Shown: one piece after another, positions 26,907 to 37,534 of the stretch
Layout of the letters: every line of letters begins with the position of its first letter
Numbering within the stretch: the first letter of the stretch is position 1
Assembly: GCA_965644495.1 (NCBI GenBank)
Contig: CBFFSA010000002.1
Coordinates: 62,001-126,000, forward strand
Direction: 5' to 3'
DNA from: Perkinsela sp. CCAP 1560/9
Lineage: Eukaryota; Protista; Euglenozoa: Kinetoplastea
DNA length: 64,000 bases
The notes under the pieces: model-generated
Seen by the model: the letters and a program-made list of their open reading frames with translations, nothing else
Told to the model about the DNA's origin: nothing
Databases searched by the model: none
Position numbers and translations under genes: made by a program

Positions 26907-28319
26907 CTAAATGGATGTAGAAACGTGTTCATTAATGTGTATACCATTTAAAATAGAAGAAATGACTGCACTCAAGACGAAAAAAATGTCAAACAAGCGG
27001 TAATACTCAGCATATTGCGTGTGGTTGCCGAAGGCACGTTCCAGAAAAAACCGGTGATGCTCTGGTATAGCTGAGCGAGAGAGTATAACCGTGCCTAAAC
27101 AGTACAGTCCTAAAAACTCAGAAATGAGAAGTACTATGGAGGACGGGCGCAGAAAAGACATGTGCCAGGTCAAAAACTTTAAGATACTCAAAAGTACCGA
27201 ACGAAACGATGTCCCCAGTAGAAGTAAGAGAAAAGCAAATGAGGCTACATTTATTTTGGACAAGGAAAGAGTTGAACCATAATCCGATTCAGACCAAAGA
27301 GATAAAATGCGCACGATTCGGAGTACCGGTGCCTCGCTTGTTGCCATAGTATACGACCCAATGAGAAGAGTAATAGAACTTGCCAATACTTTAAGAATGC
27401 CAATGATACCAATGACAAGACAAATTCCTAGTTGAACTCTACCGGCCCATGATTGTCGCATACGCACCAGTTCCATACGTTCTGCAATTTCCTGAGATTG
27501 AAGGGCCAGATAATGCTCCATCTTTCGCAAGCTTTCAATCTCCTGCCGCAAAACCGTAAGGTCGACGACGACAGAATGGGAATCTCTTTTAGAAAAATTC
27601 CTTTCCTCATTCCAGGGCGATCGAAACACAGAGTGAAGTTTTGACCCCAATGAAGAGACGGCAGAAGTTAATCCGTGTACCTGCGCCTTCCCATCTGAAA
27701 CCCCTGCCTCCTGCATAGCGACCAATCTCTCCTTCTCCTCTAGCGCGGCTACCATACATGTCTGAGCGTTCTTTAGCTCCGTCGCTTGCGCCATCGCCTC
27801 TGCAGGAAAATACAGCGACAGCAAATACTGACCAAACGTAACCACGGTACTGTGGCCGGCAAAACTTGCCAGCACCATAACCGCCGCGCGACTGACCGTT
27901 TGGGTCAAAAACACAAGCGCTGGACGGGAGCCCCCGCCGGAGCCGTGGAACACAAAACCCACCACCGCGAGCAGGGAGAGGGCTCGATACAGGTTGCGTA
28001 TCCTCCCCGGGGACCACCCCGTCCAGCGGTCGCCCGTGATCTCCCGCAGCGTACGCATCGGGAGGACAAACCCGAGAAGTGTGAAGCACAGAAACAAGGA
28101 AAGGTTCCAGAGTGTGAGACGAAGCGTGGGGGTGCCGTAGTGCACGCACTCCAGCAGGAGAAGGAAGAACAGGGAGAGGCCCAGGGTGAAGATGGCATGG
28201 AAGAGGTGACGCAGGGGGAGACGGTGGACGCCCGGGAGGGCAAGACGAGAGAGGAAGAGGGAGGCGAAACGGTAGCTGGAGCCGTAGAGAACGGTGTAGA
28301 GCGTGGCCTCGGCTAGCAT
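26907..28319 (-). CDS. GPR89: GPR89/GPHR/GTG-family multipass membrane protein
   Basis: About 9 hydrophobic segments, LF...F.LGLSLFFLLLLE, MVLASFAGHSTV, LRQEIESLRKME, SEFLGLYCLGT, YYRLFDIFFVLSA. Confidence 0.85.
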   Translation of the reverse strand: MLAEATLYTVLYGSSYRFASLFLSRLALPGVHRLPLRHLFHAIFTLGLSLFFLLLLECVHYGTPTLRLTLWNLSLFLCFTLLGFVLPMRTLREITGDRWTGWSPGRIRNLYRALSLLAVVGFVFHGSGGGSRPALVFLTQTVSRAAVMVLASFAGHSTVVTFGQYLLSLYFPAEAMAQATELKNAQTCMVAALEEKERLVAMQEAGVSDGKAQVHGLTSAVSSLGSKLHSVFRSPWNEERNFSKRDSHSVVVDLTVLRQEIESLRKMEHYLALQSQEIAERMELVRMRQSWAGRVQLGICLVIGIIGILKVLASSITLLIGSYTMATSEAPVLRIVRILSLWSESDYGSTLSLSKINVASFAFLLLLLGTSFRSVLLSILKFLTWHMSFLRPSSIVLLISEFLGLYCLGTVILSRSAIPEHHRFFLERAFGNHTQYAEYYRLFDIFFVLSAVISSILNGIHINEHVSTSI

Positions 28320-28420
28320 AGGAGGTGGGAGGGAAGGGGATTACAGGGGGGAGTGACGGAGGGATGCGTGGTTGCGTTGCTCATGGGAACAAAGGATGGG
28401 AAGGTGTTGTAGGGATATGG
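27680..28420. other. Skew-switch island 5 (switch about 28010)
   Basis: C/A-rich left part, palindrome TCCCCGGGGA at 28004-28013, G-rich right part continuing past the ATG at 28319. Confidence 0.75.
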
Positions 28421-28646
28421 CGATAGTGCACTGCTTTTAGTACATAGGAAAAACACATTGCGAAGAGCATGTAAAGTTGAAAAGTAAATTTCGTATCATT
28501 TTGTGTCGTCGAATACATTCGAGGGGATACTGGTGGCGAGGTTCCACCCGCAGCCGTTCATTTCTATAAGACTATTAGAACAATCTGTTTTTACAATTTC
28601 TTCTGCGCAAGAGAAATTCTTAAGTATAATGGGAATTCGTAAAGAC

Positions 28647-29885
28647 TCAATTGTCTTCTAGAGGAATGTCATCAATGGACTGTAGTATTGAAAATATTCC
28701 AACGTGCTCGCGACCTTGAGGTGCATTGCTGAATTTTTCTTCTTTATCGGATTTTGTATTTGTTGGTTGAGCAGTAGATTTACGTAGTGCCTCCATATAA
28801 TCCGGTGCCAAACCCGGTGCGTTACCAGTTGCAGATGCAATACGATTAGAACTTTCTTTGCCCTCGGAAGCGATTTCCTTTTTTATTTCAATTTGTGATG
28901 CGTAAGTGGTAGACTCCTGCTTCAAAGTTGAAGGTTGTTCGGTTTTAATGCGGTTCAAATAAAATTCAAGAAAAGAATTCGGCGTATTTTCCGTCGCCGT
29001 CTCGGTTTTGACATTTGCACCACTCGAAATAACCTTTTCATCATAACGTTTTCTTGTGCGTTGTGAAGAAGTAAAAGATTGTTGATCCGATGCGGGTTTA
29101 CGTACATTCATGTGACCTCGCAATGCCTGAGCACGTTCTTTGGCATCATGATACCTTTTCAATCGCTCTTCTTTGGGTATTGAAAGAAAGCTGCGGGAGA
29201 ACATCGAGGGTTGTAAGTGCGTGGGTCGACTTCCTGGAATAGATATTCGATCTGTCGGGTGATCCACCGGAATGCGGTCAACTTTTTCAGATGAGATGCG
29301 TACGCGAGATGAATTTGCAAATTCCTCCGGGTTCTTCATTGTTTGCCGTTCCACGAAAGATAATGTACGACGCGGGATATTCGATTGTGAATCAATCGTA
29401 TCTATTTCATCTTTAAAAAGCGAATCCGAATCCTCAGCATCTTGCGGAATGTAATCCGCTTGCACAGCGTAGGACTCTCCGCTTCGCTGCGCAACTAGTC
29501 TTGTCGTTTTTGAAGATGACTGTTGTCGCGCAAGATATCGATCCCACGAAGTTTCCGGAACAGTATCTGTTTTTGGAGCGTTGATTCGATACCTTTTTCG
29601 AGATTGCTCAAAATCGGTGGTAGCGCCCAGAACCTCGGGAAGAATGGACTCATCGGTGTTGTCAGCGTAAAACTCTGGCGATGGGGCCCCGTGAGCTTTG
29701 ATCTGTAACTGACGCTGGCGAAGCATATGGGCTTGCTTCTCCTTTTCTACGAGTTCTGGACATTCCAAAACGTCCTCTTTGTCAACAAGATGCCCATCCT
29801 TGCTATGCAATGGAACATCTTGAAGTGCGAGCCACGTTTCATTGTGGTCAAGCAGCTCCTGAGGGTCGTGCGCAATGTAAGACAT
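28647..29885 (-). CDS. Hypothetical hydrophilic protein
   Basis: ORF of about 410 codons in the polycistron orientation; likely start MSYIAHD (29885). No recognisable motif. Confidence 0.7.
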   Translation of the reverse strand: MSYIAHDPQELLDHNETWLALQDVPLHSKDGHLVDKEDVLECPELVEKEKQAHMLRQRQLQIKAHGAPSPEFYADNTDESILPEVLGATTDFEQSRKRYRINAPKTDTVPETSWDRYLARQQSSSKTTRLVAQRSGESYAVQADYIPQDAEDSDSLFKDEIDTIDSQSNIPRRTLSFVERQTMKNPEEFANSSRVRISSEKVDRIPVDHPTDRISIPGSRPTHLQPSMFSRSFLSIPKEERLKRYHDAKERAQALRGHMNVRKPASDQQSFTSSQRTRKRYDEKVISSGANVKTETATENTPNSFLEFYLNRIKTEQPSTLKQESTTYASQIEIKKEIASEGKESSNRIASATGNAPGLAPDYMEALRKSTAQPTNTKSDKEEKFSNAPQGREHVGIFSILQSIDDIPLEDN

Positions 29886-30327
29886 GATAACGAATAGAAA
29901 AGATAATCTAAGGAACACAAATTCTTTAATTCATTGTAGAGAACATTCTTTTTTCTAAAAAGCGTATGGTAGTATCATTCCTTTTAATAAAAAGAAAGAA
30001 AAAGAATAAAAAGGTTTTATTGTTTAACGATTGGGCAAGTCCACGAAGATATTGGACAAGAGATAGGAATGTATTTTGCGATCAAATAGCTCGCAGAATA
30101 TCACCAAAATACGAATTATAAAAACTCTTTCGGGCAAGAATTACTATACAGTAAGCATTACGATAAAGAAAAAAGCTATAAGAAACCGAGAAAAACCCGA
30201 CAAATATCCTTTTACTACCAGTATTTAATTTTATGCGCGATAGAATTGATAAAGCGGCAAGATAAAATAATTTATCTCATGTTTGAATAATTCTTATAAA
30301 CAAGAAAACACGCAGAAACTACAAGGA

Positions 30328-31482
30328 TTATGACTCTTCTTCTCCTTGATTACGCTTGAAAGCAAGTAACAAGTCAGTTTCGGGTTTCTGTGGATACAAC
30401 ATTTTGTTTGCATCAGGCTCGCGCGGTGGAATTAAAAATCCAGAAAAGAAATTGTACGAGAGGTTGACTTCCATTTCCTCACCACATGCAATCAAACGGG
30501 CATTCCCATACAATCTGTTATGACTCATGTCTAACTTGACAAGGGCCAACTTTGTCTTAGGCAGTAATGGCTCTCCACTGAACCGATTGTAGCTAAGATC
30601 AAGTTCTTGAAGAGAAGATGGAACGTTCTGCACGTTCAGGTCTCCCTCAAATTCGTTATGACTGACGTCCAGCAATTTTAAACACTGAGGAATGCTTACG
30701 AACTTTCCGCTTTGAGTCTTGCACGGCGGTACACAACATTGGCGCGTTGTATTAAATAAAAAATCATGGGAAAGATGAGTAAGGTCGAGGGGCCCGCTCA
30801 AGTTATTGAAAAAGAGCAGTAGCGTCGTGAGTCGACATGGGAGGCGATCTAAGACAATACTTCCGTGAAAATCATTGTTACTTAGATCAAGGACTTCAAG
30901 ACTTTGCGGTAAGGATGTCATATCCAGAGGTCCGCTGAATCGATTCTTGGAGATGTTAAAAGTGATGAGCGTGTTGGGCAGGGTGGATGTGTGAAGAGAT
31001 CCGCTGAATGTGTTATTGCTAAGATTGGCGTGCACTAAATTTGGAGCTTGAGAAAGGAAATCTGCACTTCCAGAAAGCTTATTATTAGAGATGTCAAGGT
31101 CACTGAGGATAGTTAGGGTAGGAAAAGTAATCGTTCCGTTGAGGTCGCTATTCGCAATATGGATGAGTTTCGTCGTGCGTGGAAGTTCACGCCATTGAGG
31201 GGACCCGGAAAGCATTTGGTCGAACGGACCGGTTTTTGCAGGACCGACTCGTATTTTGTTCCATTTGAGAGATACATATTCGTTGTGTGGTTCAATTATT
31301 GTTTCTTTTTCGGAATAAATCGGATAATTCAACTTGACTGTCCCATTCTGATTCTTTAAGAGTAGTGAATCAGTAAACTCCTTAACGGAAGACACAAGTT
31401 TTTGGCGAGTCCACGGATCTGAATCGGAAACACGTGCGGAGTCAGCGCAAGTGAGTATAACTGCCAATATGACTGGCAACAT
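30328..31482 (-). CDS. LRR protein with a probable signal peptide (divergent family member 3)
   Basis: MLPVILAVILTCADS leader (ATG 31482), many LDLSNN.F.G repeats, no C-terminal TM segment. Confidence 0.85.
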   Translation of the reverse strand: MLPVILAVILTCADSARVSDSDPWTRQKLVSSVKEFTDSLLLKNQNGTVKLNYPIYSEKETIIEPHNEYVSLKWNKIRVGPAKTGPFDQMLSGSPQWRELPRTTKLIHIANSDLNGTITFPTLTILSDLDISNNKLSGSADFLSQAPNLVHANLSNNTFSGSLHTSTLPNTLITFNISKNRFSGPLDMTSLPQSLEVLDLSNNDFHGSIVLDRLPCRLTTLLLFFNNLSGPLDLTHLSHDFLFNTTRQCCVPPCKTQSGKFVSIPQCLKLLDVSHNEFEGDLNVQNVPSSLQELDLSYNRFSGEPLLPKTKLALVKLDMSHNRLYGNARLIACGEEMEVNLSYNFFSGFLIPPREPDANKMLYPQKPETDLLLAFKRNQGEEES

Positions 31483-31692
31483 AACAAACCAAAAGAATAA
31501 ATAAGAATAAGAGTGTAGAAAAAGCTTTACATTTGTATAAGAACGTCTGCCCTGATTGTTGAGATTGATATCATATTCAATCACGCAATTCCAAATTGCA
31601 GGCGGTATGACTTAACAGCAGTAAATAGTAAGACTGACGATAAGGAAGCGCGTTGCGCTAAGACCAATATGAAAAAGCATCTTTGAGAGATC

Positions 31693-33066
31693 TTATAGCT
31701 TTATGAAGGGAGAAGATCCGGGTAGGAAATGATAAAGATAAAGCAGCGGAGAAGGTTCTAAAAAAGCTTCGCTAGAGTCCTTTACATCGTTGACTATATT
31801 TTCTAATTTTTTGACAACTGTGGGATCCAAAATATTCCGCAAGTGTTTTTCTACTGATGTTTCAGTAGCAATGTCAGTTTTTTTCAGGCTACTGAAGGAA
31901 AGCTCTGTAAGCGCCAGCACACTGCATGAGGGGTCTATCAATAGCCTTTCATCAGATAAATCACCAAAATAACATAGAAGCAAAAATAGAATTTCCACTA
32001 AGTTGACACTTTCACAAAGTAAAAACGGATTTGGACCAGCATCAAACGTATAAGCAGCGAAAACCTGCTGCTTGTGTCTAGTTTGTTGTGACTGTGCATC
32101 CCTTGATTCACGGCATTGTGATTGCTTGAACTGATTATAGGAACGTATGAGTCGCATGACTGCGTAGGATTCAGGCAGCAGATAGTGCAGAGGAGGACAA
32201 GAGGTATGACACAATGCATGCAAGTCATCACTTTCAGCCATCGTAATGGCCGCAAGAGTAGAAAAATCTCTCTGCTCAATAGCAGCACACAGCTTACGCA
32301 TTCGTTGGGGCACAATCAACTGCTCCCGATCCTTTATCAAACGGGACGTATTGACGGAATGTTGCATACCTTGTGTGCTTCCCGACCCTTTCCTGTCTTG
32401 AGAAATAACCAAACCAAGAATGTTTAAATCGGGCCAATCATGTTCTCCGGCAATTTGGCTCACACAGTTTTCTAACTCTTGCGCGGAGGCATCCCAGCGA
32501 ACAAAGCCCCCGAGCGTACTCCGACATGCGCTGCCGGACCCAATCCGAGCAAGTGCGGAGAGATTCACCTCGCTGGTTGGAAAAAGCGTTTTAAGCGCAC
32601 CCGCAAGTGCGGCACTCCCGCTGGCAGAGGAAGCCATCCCGGCGCCCGTTGGGAAATTATTTTTTGTGCGAATCTCAAGCGGGGGCAAAGATGGATGCGC
32701 CATGCTATTGCGGAGGTGAGAAAGGACTGAAGAGATACGCTCCGGAAGAGGTGATGTTTCAACATCATTGAAAATAAAACGAATGTTATTTAAAGAAGAA
32801 GGAGAATTTTCCGAAAGCTGAAGCACACCAGGGCTGGCGGATTCCGATGATGGATCTGTATGACTAGTGGTATCGGTATCGTGAAGAATAGACACTGTAG
32901 TTACGGTGTGAATGTGGGCATGAGAAAGTGTGATACTGAGGGAATCATGCAGAGGAAGATGAAGTTGTTTTCCCTCAACTGTGTTTTGTTTTCCCCAATA
33001 CTTCACAAGAGCAATATTAATAGAGGAAATGCAAGTGACGCAAGATGGCGCTTGCTCTGACGACAT
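31693..33066 (-). CDS. MVD: Mevalonate diphosphate decarboxylase
   Basis: NIALVKYWGK, NNFPTGAGMASSASG, ARIGSGSACRS, AYTFDAGPN. Start at MSSEQ (33066); the ORF-track extension runs into a MITE. Confidence 0.95.
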   Translation of the reverse strand: MSSEQAPSCVTCISSINIALVKYWGKQNTVEGKQLHLPLHDSLSITLSHAHIHTVTTVSILHDTDTTSHTDPSSESASPGVLQLSENSPSSLNNIRFIFNDVETSPLPERISSVLSHLRNSMAHPSLPPLEIRTKNNFPTGAGMASSASGSAALAGALKTLFPTSEVNLSALARIGSGSACRSTLGGFVRWDASAQELENCVSQIAGEHDWPDLNILGLVISQDRKGSGSTQGMQHSVNTSRLIKDREQLIVPQRMRKLCAAIEQRDFSTLAAITMAESDDLHALCHTSCPPLHYLLPESYAVMRLIRSYNQFKQSQCRESRDAQSQQTRHKQQVFAAYTFDAGPNPFLLCESVNLVEILFLLLCYFGDLSDERLLIDPSCSVLALTELSFSSLKKTDIATETSVEKHLRNILDPTVVKKLENIVNDVKDSSEAFLEPSPLLYLYHFLPGSSPFIKL

Positions 33067-33142
33067 TATGTGAGCGAGATATAAAATTTGGCTTTTCTGG
33101 GATAGTAGGGAGTTCGAAAAGTATGCGACGTCGAAAAGAGTG

Positions 33143-33522
33143 CAGTGCTCGTAAAAAATAATATATTTTTTAATAATGGCCACCGATTTGTGGTCATTAT
33201 TTAAAAAAATATAATATTTTTTATGGTGTTTCTGAAAAAAAAGATGTCTGACTTGAGAAAACGATTACCCGACTACACCTAACTACTGCTACTAAAAAAG
33301 AGAATACCGCCAAACATGAGACATAGCATACTTCGAAAATTCCAGACCGAAAATAAGTTATTTAAAAACCTTTCGACAATAAGGTGTGACCGGATGTCAG
33401 TCATAGAAAGGGGTGCACAAAAAAAGGCATAAGAAAAAATTTCCAAAAAAAGTGGCTATTATTAAAAAAACATTATTTTTTACGTCACGCAATTTTACGT
33501 ACATTATTTTTTACGAGCACTG
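33143..33522. mobile_element. 380-bp MITE with CAGTG-starting TIRs (Tc1/mariner-like)
   Basis: CAGTGCTCGTAAAAAATAAT (33143-62) and its perfect reverse complement (33503-22), followed by TA. The left flank is TG. An inner copy extends the match through ...TTTTTTAATAAT[GA]GCCAC. Confidence 0.8.
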
Positions 33523-33840
33523 TATGCGAAAAGAAAGTACACTGTATACTAGAAGGAAGAAGGAAGAATCCTAGAAGGAAGTATACTAGAAGTACTGTGA
33601 AGACAACAATTTTCGATCTCATAAAATACCTTCAAAAAAGCTAAATTTGTTTTTTCTCGAAAAGTTATCAACTTCATTGCACGCTATCATGCTCGTAAAA
33701 ATAAGGAAGAACTCTACTTTTTTATGATCATGTTGAACACGACCACGACTGACACGTTGATTCTCTCTTTGCTTACCCACTAAGGTAGAAAAAAACCTTT
33801 TAGTTCATTTTTTTGCGCCTTCATGCCTTCACTTTGTACA

Positions 33841-34533
33841 TCAGGCGTCCAAGTTATCTGTAATCTGTGTCTTCGTCCAACTTCGAGACAACAAACTGTC
33901 TGGTAAGGTGTTTCTCCGTACCGTCCCTGAGAGCTCCGAATTATTATCCAAATATAGCTCAGCAACATTTTTTGGAAGAGAGGAGAATTCTACTTCACCA
34001 CTAAACCGGTTTGATGACAAGTTGAGAGTAGTCAAGGTTGACGGCAACTTTGCAAAAGCAATGCTGCCGGACAAGGAATTCCATTGAACATTAAAAGTAT
34101 CCAACTCTGGCGGGAGAGCAGACAAATCAATCGAACCCTGCAGGGCGTTATAACTTGCATCGAATGTGTCCAATGCACGGGGCAAATCATGAATCGAGAG
34201 CGGACCATAGAGTTCATTATCAGCGACGGAGAAGTGAAGCACAGTAGTGGGAATAGATTCCCACCGTAGAAATCCCTTCATAAAGTCATCGCAACCCGAC
34301 CAATAAATATCTACAACGTTACCATCTTTATTGCATTTAACACCTTTCCAGGAGCAGGCTGGAGTCTTACTAGTCCATGTGGTATAGCCCATATGAACCT
34401 CAGCGATAAGTCGAGCAAGATCATATTCTTGAGGAAGCGATACGCCGCGAACCTTACCAAGGTTTGCAGAAGCGCGTGCAGGACTGTCGACAGAGACAAT
34501 GAACCGTAAAAGAATGTTTCGTGTATATTTCAT
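33841..34533 (-). CDS. Small LRR protein, family member 4
   Basis: FIVSVDS...GKVRGVSLPQEYDL, PACSWKGVKC, LP..L repeats. Confidence 0.9.
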   Translation of the reverse strand: MKYTRNILLRFIVSVDSPARASANLGKVRGVSLPQEYDLARLIAEVHMGYTTWTSKTPACSWKGVKCNKDGNVVDIYWSGCDDFMKGFLRWESIPTTVLHFSVADNELYGPLSIHDLPRALDTFDASYNALQGSIDLSALPPELDTFNVQWNSLSGSIAFAKLPSTLTTLNLSSNRFSGEVEFSSLPKNVAELYLDNNSELSGTVRRNTLPDSLLSRSWTKTQITDNLDA

Positions 34534-34726
34534 TAGTGGGCATTTAAATAATTGAATTAGTGCAAATCAATGTTAAAAATTTGTAGGTACATTTGTATTC
34601 TACATTTGTAGATACGTGTATGTATGAAAAACTTGTTTTCGCGTCTGTGATTAAAAAATTGAAGTAGACGATCGCATTTGCGTGTATCGGTTATGCTGTG
34701 GATGTAAATTGGGCAAGTAATTTTCC

Positions 34727-35599
34727 CTAAGATGGATCCTCCAAAAAGCTACAATGATCCCGAACCTCTTGAAGACAGTGATAACAACATGTACATGAGG
34801 ATATATCCTTACATCGCAGATGACGCATAACTTCGCCCTCTAAATCTAAGGCTTCGGCTTCATTGCTTGACGGAGAAGCCTGTATTAATTGCTGTACTTT
34901 TGAACAACCTCCATATTCGATAGAAGAAGTTTCTATACTGCTCGGGTTTTGTATTAAATCCTTGTGAAAGGAAAATCTTTCATCGCTGAATAAAGGTGCA
35001 TCAGAATGGTGCACATGAAGCGTGGAAAACGACTTTGTCGTCTCAGCACTGCCGTAGCCTTTAATCAAGCGTCGAGAAAATTCCATCAAATCGCTCTCCA
35101 TTGGCCAGAGTGGACCTCGAAAAACAAGAACTTGATGGGCGATATCCGCTGCCCATTGCACCAGCGGATCTACAACAGTGGGTAAAGAATCGGGTAGCTT
35201 CCGTGTGACTTCAAATCCAGGGAACGGCACTGTTTTTTCCTCCTGTTCTTTCACATCTGCTTTCTGTTTTTGATCGGTATCAAGTATTGCATGTTCTTCC
35301 CTTGCTGATGCATCGCCTTTCATATGAACGGTTTCTGTTCGATGACGTCGTATAAGTTCATGTGTAGAGTGTGGAATTTTGTCCCCGTGTCGGGGTGGGT
35401 TGTACACAAGAGAGAGTAACAATCTTGCCTGTTGATACCTCGAGAACATGGGAAAGAAATGAAGTACACGCCGTGCGAAGGGCTCTTGCAACATGCGATC
35501 GGCGAAAACACCACAGGACCAATCCTCCGTGCCTTCGCTTTCGAGTTCCATCACTAATTCTTCTGCTTTGGCGTATTCCGTATCGGTATCAAACGTCAT
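34727..35599 (-). CDS. Hypothetical protein with a NELF-A N-terminal-like region
   Basis: DWSCGVFADRML...RRVLHFFPMFSRYQQARLLLSLVYNP and DPLVQWAADIA resemble the NELF-A N-terminus as recalled (W....IAS.L.....NIRLCFHGLSSAVKLKLLLG.LHLP; DPWVLMVADIL). Confidence 0.5.
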   Translation of the reverse strand: MTFDTDTEYAKAEELVMELESEGTEDWSCGVFADRMLQEPFARRVLHFFPMFSRYQQARLLLSLVYNPPRHGDKIPHSTHELIRRHRTETVHMKGDASAREEHAILDTDQKQKADVKEQEEKTVPFPGFEVTRKLPDSLPTVVDPLVQWAADIAHQVLVFRGPLWPMESDLMEFSRRLIKGYGSAETTKSFSTLHVHHSDAPLFSDERFSFHKDLIQNPSSIETSSIEYGGCSKVQQLIQASPSSNEAEALDLEGEVMRHLRCKDISSCTCCYHCLQEVRDHCSFLEDPS

Positions 35600-35890
35600 G
35601 AATACGTGTGTGGAAAAAGGTAAACCAAAGAAAAAGAACCGAATCGTCGACTAGTACGCTCATAGTTGGCTGCTCTTTGTAGGCTATAGCAATTTTTATC
35701 ATGTAATAAAAAGATTATAAGAAAAGGAGAAGCGCGCAAAGTTTTTGAATGACACTTTCTTACTGCTCATACACTCGTACACTGTATAAGAGAGGTCGCC
35801 GAGAAGAGACTTGTAAGTGAAACAAGAATTGCACATTGACCCTCCACTCAGGAAGGGACTTCTAAAGTAAGTTTGTTTTCATGAGTTTAC

Positions 35891-37408
35891 TCACAGGTGG
35901 AGTTTCTTCACAGGAGACCTGTAGGACAAGTAATCTTGCTCTGCAATCTCGATTAGATGATCATTCTGGGGCAAGTTAACAAGAAAGGCGTCAAAGTAAG
36001 CGTGGTCTTTCTCCTTGAGTCTACGCAGTGCTTTGCGTCGGAAGTGGTCGTGTCGGAGCTTGTCGGAAAGGTAAAGTTTCCCACTTCCCGGGCGATCCAT
36101 CACACCGTAGTATCGCAGCGTTTCTACGATATCTCTGACAGAAATTCCAGTTTCGCGCTCAAGAAAATTTAATGATACGTCCATTGTATCGTTCGCATCC
36201 CATAGTAAAATAAGGTCAAGAATAGTATCCCGCCAATAACTTCTGTAGCTACGCAATCCAAGATCACTGAGAGGACGTTCTGGAGTCCCGATGACTCCTT
36301 CTCTCTTCGAAAGGGCGTAGCTGAGCTCAATCAGGAATCGACCAAATCCGCGGCACTGGTACGGCGGCAGAATCAAAATACAAGATAGATTATAGCTCTC
36401 CGGGGAGTTCTTTTCTTTTGCAAAGTACCCCAAAAAATGGAGACCGTGAGTGTCCACGTGGGCTAGAATATAAAAAAGAAAAGGACTGGTGTCCCACTCC
36501 ACACATTTGTGCTCAAGAAACAAGCGCGAGAGTAGACACAGGCGCTCACAGTAGTGAGGTTGCGAGACGCCGTCGACCTCGAAGACGAGTATATTCTGTA
36601 CGGTGTCGCGATAGATTTCATTCCCCGGGGGATGTTGAAATGTGCAGTATGGTGTGTGGTATTCCTCCAGTTCGCTAGCCGATAGGTGGGCTTTTAAACA
36701 CTTTTCACAGATGTATAGTTGAGGCAAGTGATTACCTACCACGGACAATGGTGGGTTGGTAGCGTAATTATGTAGTGATGGTGTTTCACATGTATCCGAA
36801 TTTTCATACATATTTAGATTTGTTGGTTCTTGAAGTTTAAAAAAGTTTCGAAAAACTTTGCGCCCCCCCTCCTTGGTTGAGTCTGTACTGTGAGAAGGCA
36901 CAATAGAGGGATGTAATAGAGGGTAAGGGGAGTAATACCAAGATTCAAGTATCCAGTCCCCAAAATGAACCAAAGCAACATTTTTGGCGCGGTCATCGTA
37001 ACGCGGGCGGACAGGTGGTTTAGGAAGTCGGTACGTCTCTTTCTTCAAAGGCTGACTATAAGCGGGGGTTTGTATTTTCTCCACGTTCAGAGTTTTACTT
37101 CGGCGACGTGTGATCATGGAAGGAGCGTTTAGCAACTCTAAATCGGGAGAAAAACGCAAACGTCGAGCGTTGCCAGAAACTCGAAGTCGATCTTGCGTAA
37201 CCCACTCGTCCATTCTTCGGTTTTGGTCCAGCCAGTGCACATAATACCAAGCCACTCCTCCGTCGCGAACAGATTTATCACATATTACAGCATTTTTCCA
37301 AATTTCACAGCCTTTTTGCCGCGCTAGGACCTTCTGTCGAAGGTGAAATGTAGAGGAAGTCATGCACAACGAATTCTCAGATGTAGGAATAGAAGCCTTT
37401 GCCGACAT
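35891..37408 (-). CDS. MYST histone acetyltransferase with an N-terminal tudor-knot/chromo domain
   Basis: YYVHWLDQNRRMDEWV, WYYSPYP, LYICEKCLK, HPPGNEIYR, YNLSCIL.LPPYQ.RGFG, GTPERPLSDLG. Esa1/Tip60-like (kinetoplastid HAT1/HAT2 class). Confidence 0.95.
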   Translation of the reverse strand: MSAKASIPTSENSLCMTSSTFHLRQKVLARQKGCEIWKNAVICDKSVRDGGVAWYYVHWLDQNRRMDEWVTQDRLRVSGNARRLRFSPDLELLNAPSMITRRRSKTLNVEKIQTPAYSQPLKKETYRLPKPPVRPRYDDRAKNVALVHFGDWILESWYYSPYPLLHPSIVPSHSTDSTKEGGRKVFRNFFKLQEPTNLNMYENSDTCETPSLHNYATNPPLSVVGNHLPQLYICEKCLKAHLSASELEEYHTPYCTFQHPPGNEIYRDTVQNILVFEVDGVSQPHYCERLCLLSRLFLEHKCVEWDTSPFLFYILAHVDTHGLHFLGYFAKEKNSPESYNLSCILILPPYQCRGFGRFLIELSYALSKREGVIGTPERPLSDLGLRSYRSYWRDTILDLILLWDANDTMDVSLNFLERETGISVRDIVETLRYYGVMDRPGSGKLYLSDKLRHDHFRRKALRRLKEKDHAYFDAFLVNLPQNDHLIEIAEQDYLSYRSPVKKLHL

Positions 37409-37534
37409 TATGACCTCACAGAGCACGGCTCACATGCTTGAAAGTCCTTACAATCCCACCAAAAATTGTTCAAAATACATGTACAGTATGTATAGTTATT
37501 GTCGAAGCTATGCAACGTTAATAAAAATAAATTA

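Noticed and set aside
28570-28590. Resemblance of ctattagaacaatctgt to the spliced-leader exon
   Set aside because: The match is short and gapped, lacks the conserved CAGTTTCTGTA core, and is likely chance.
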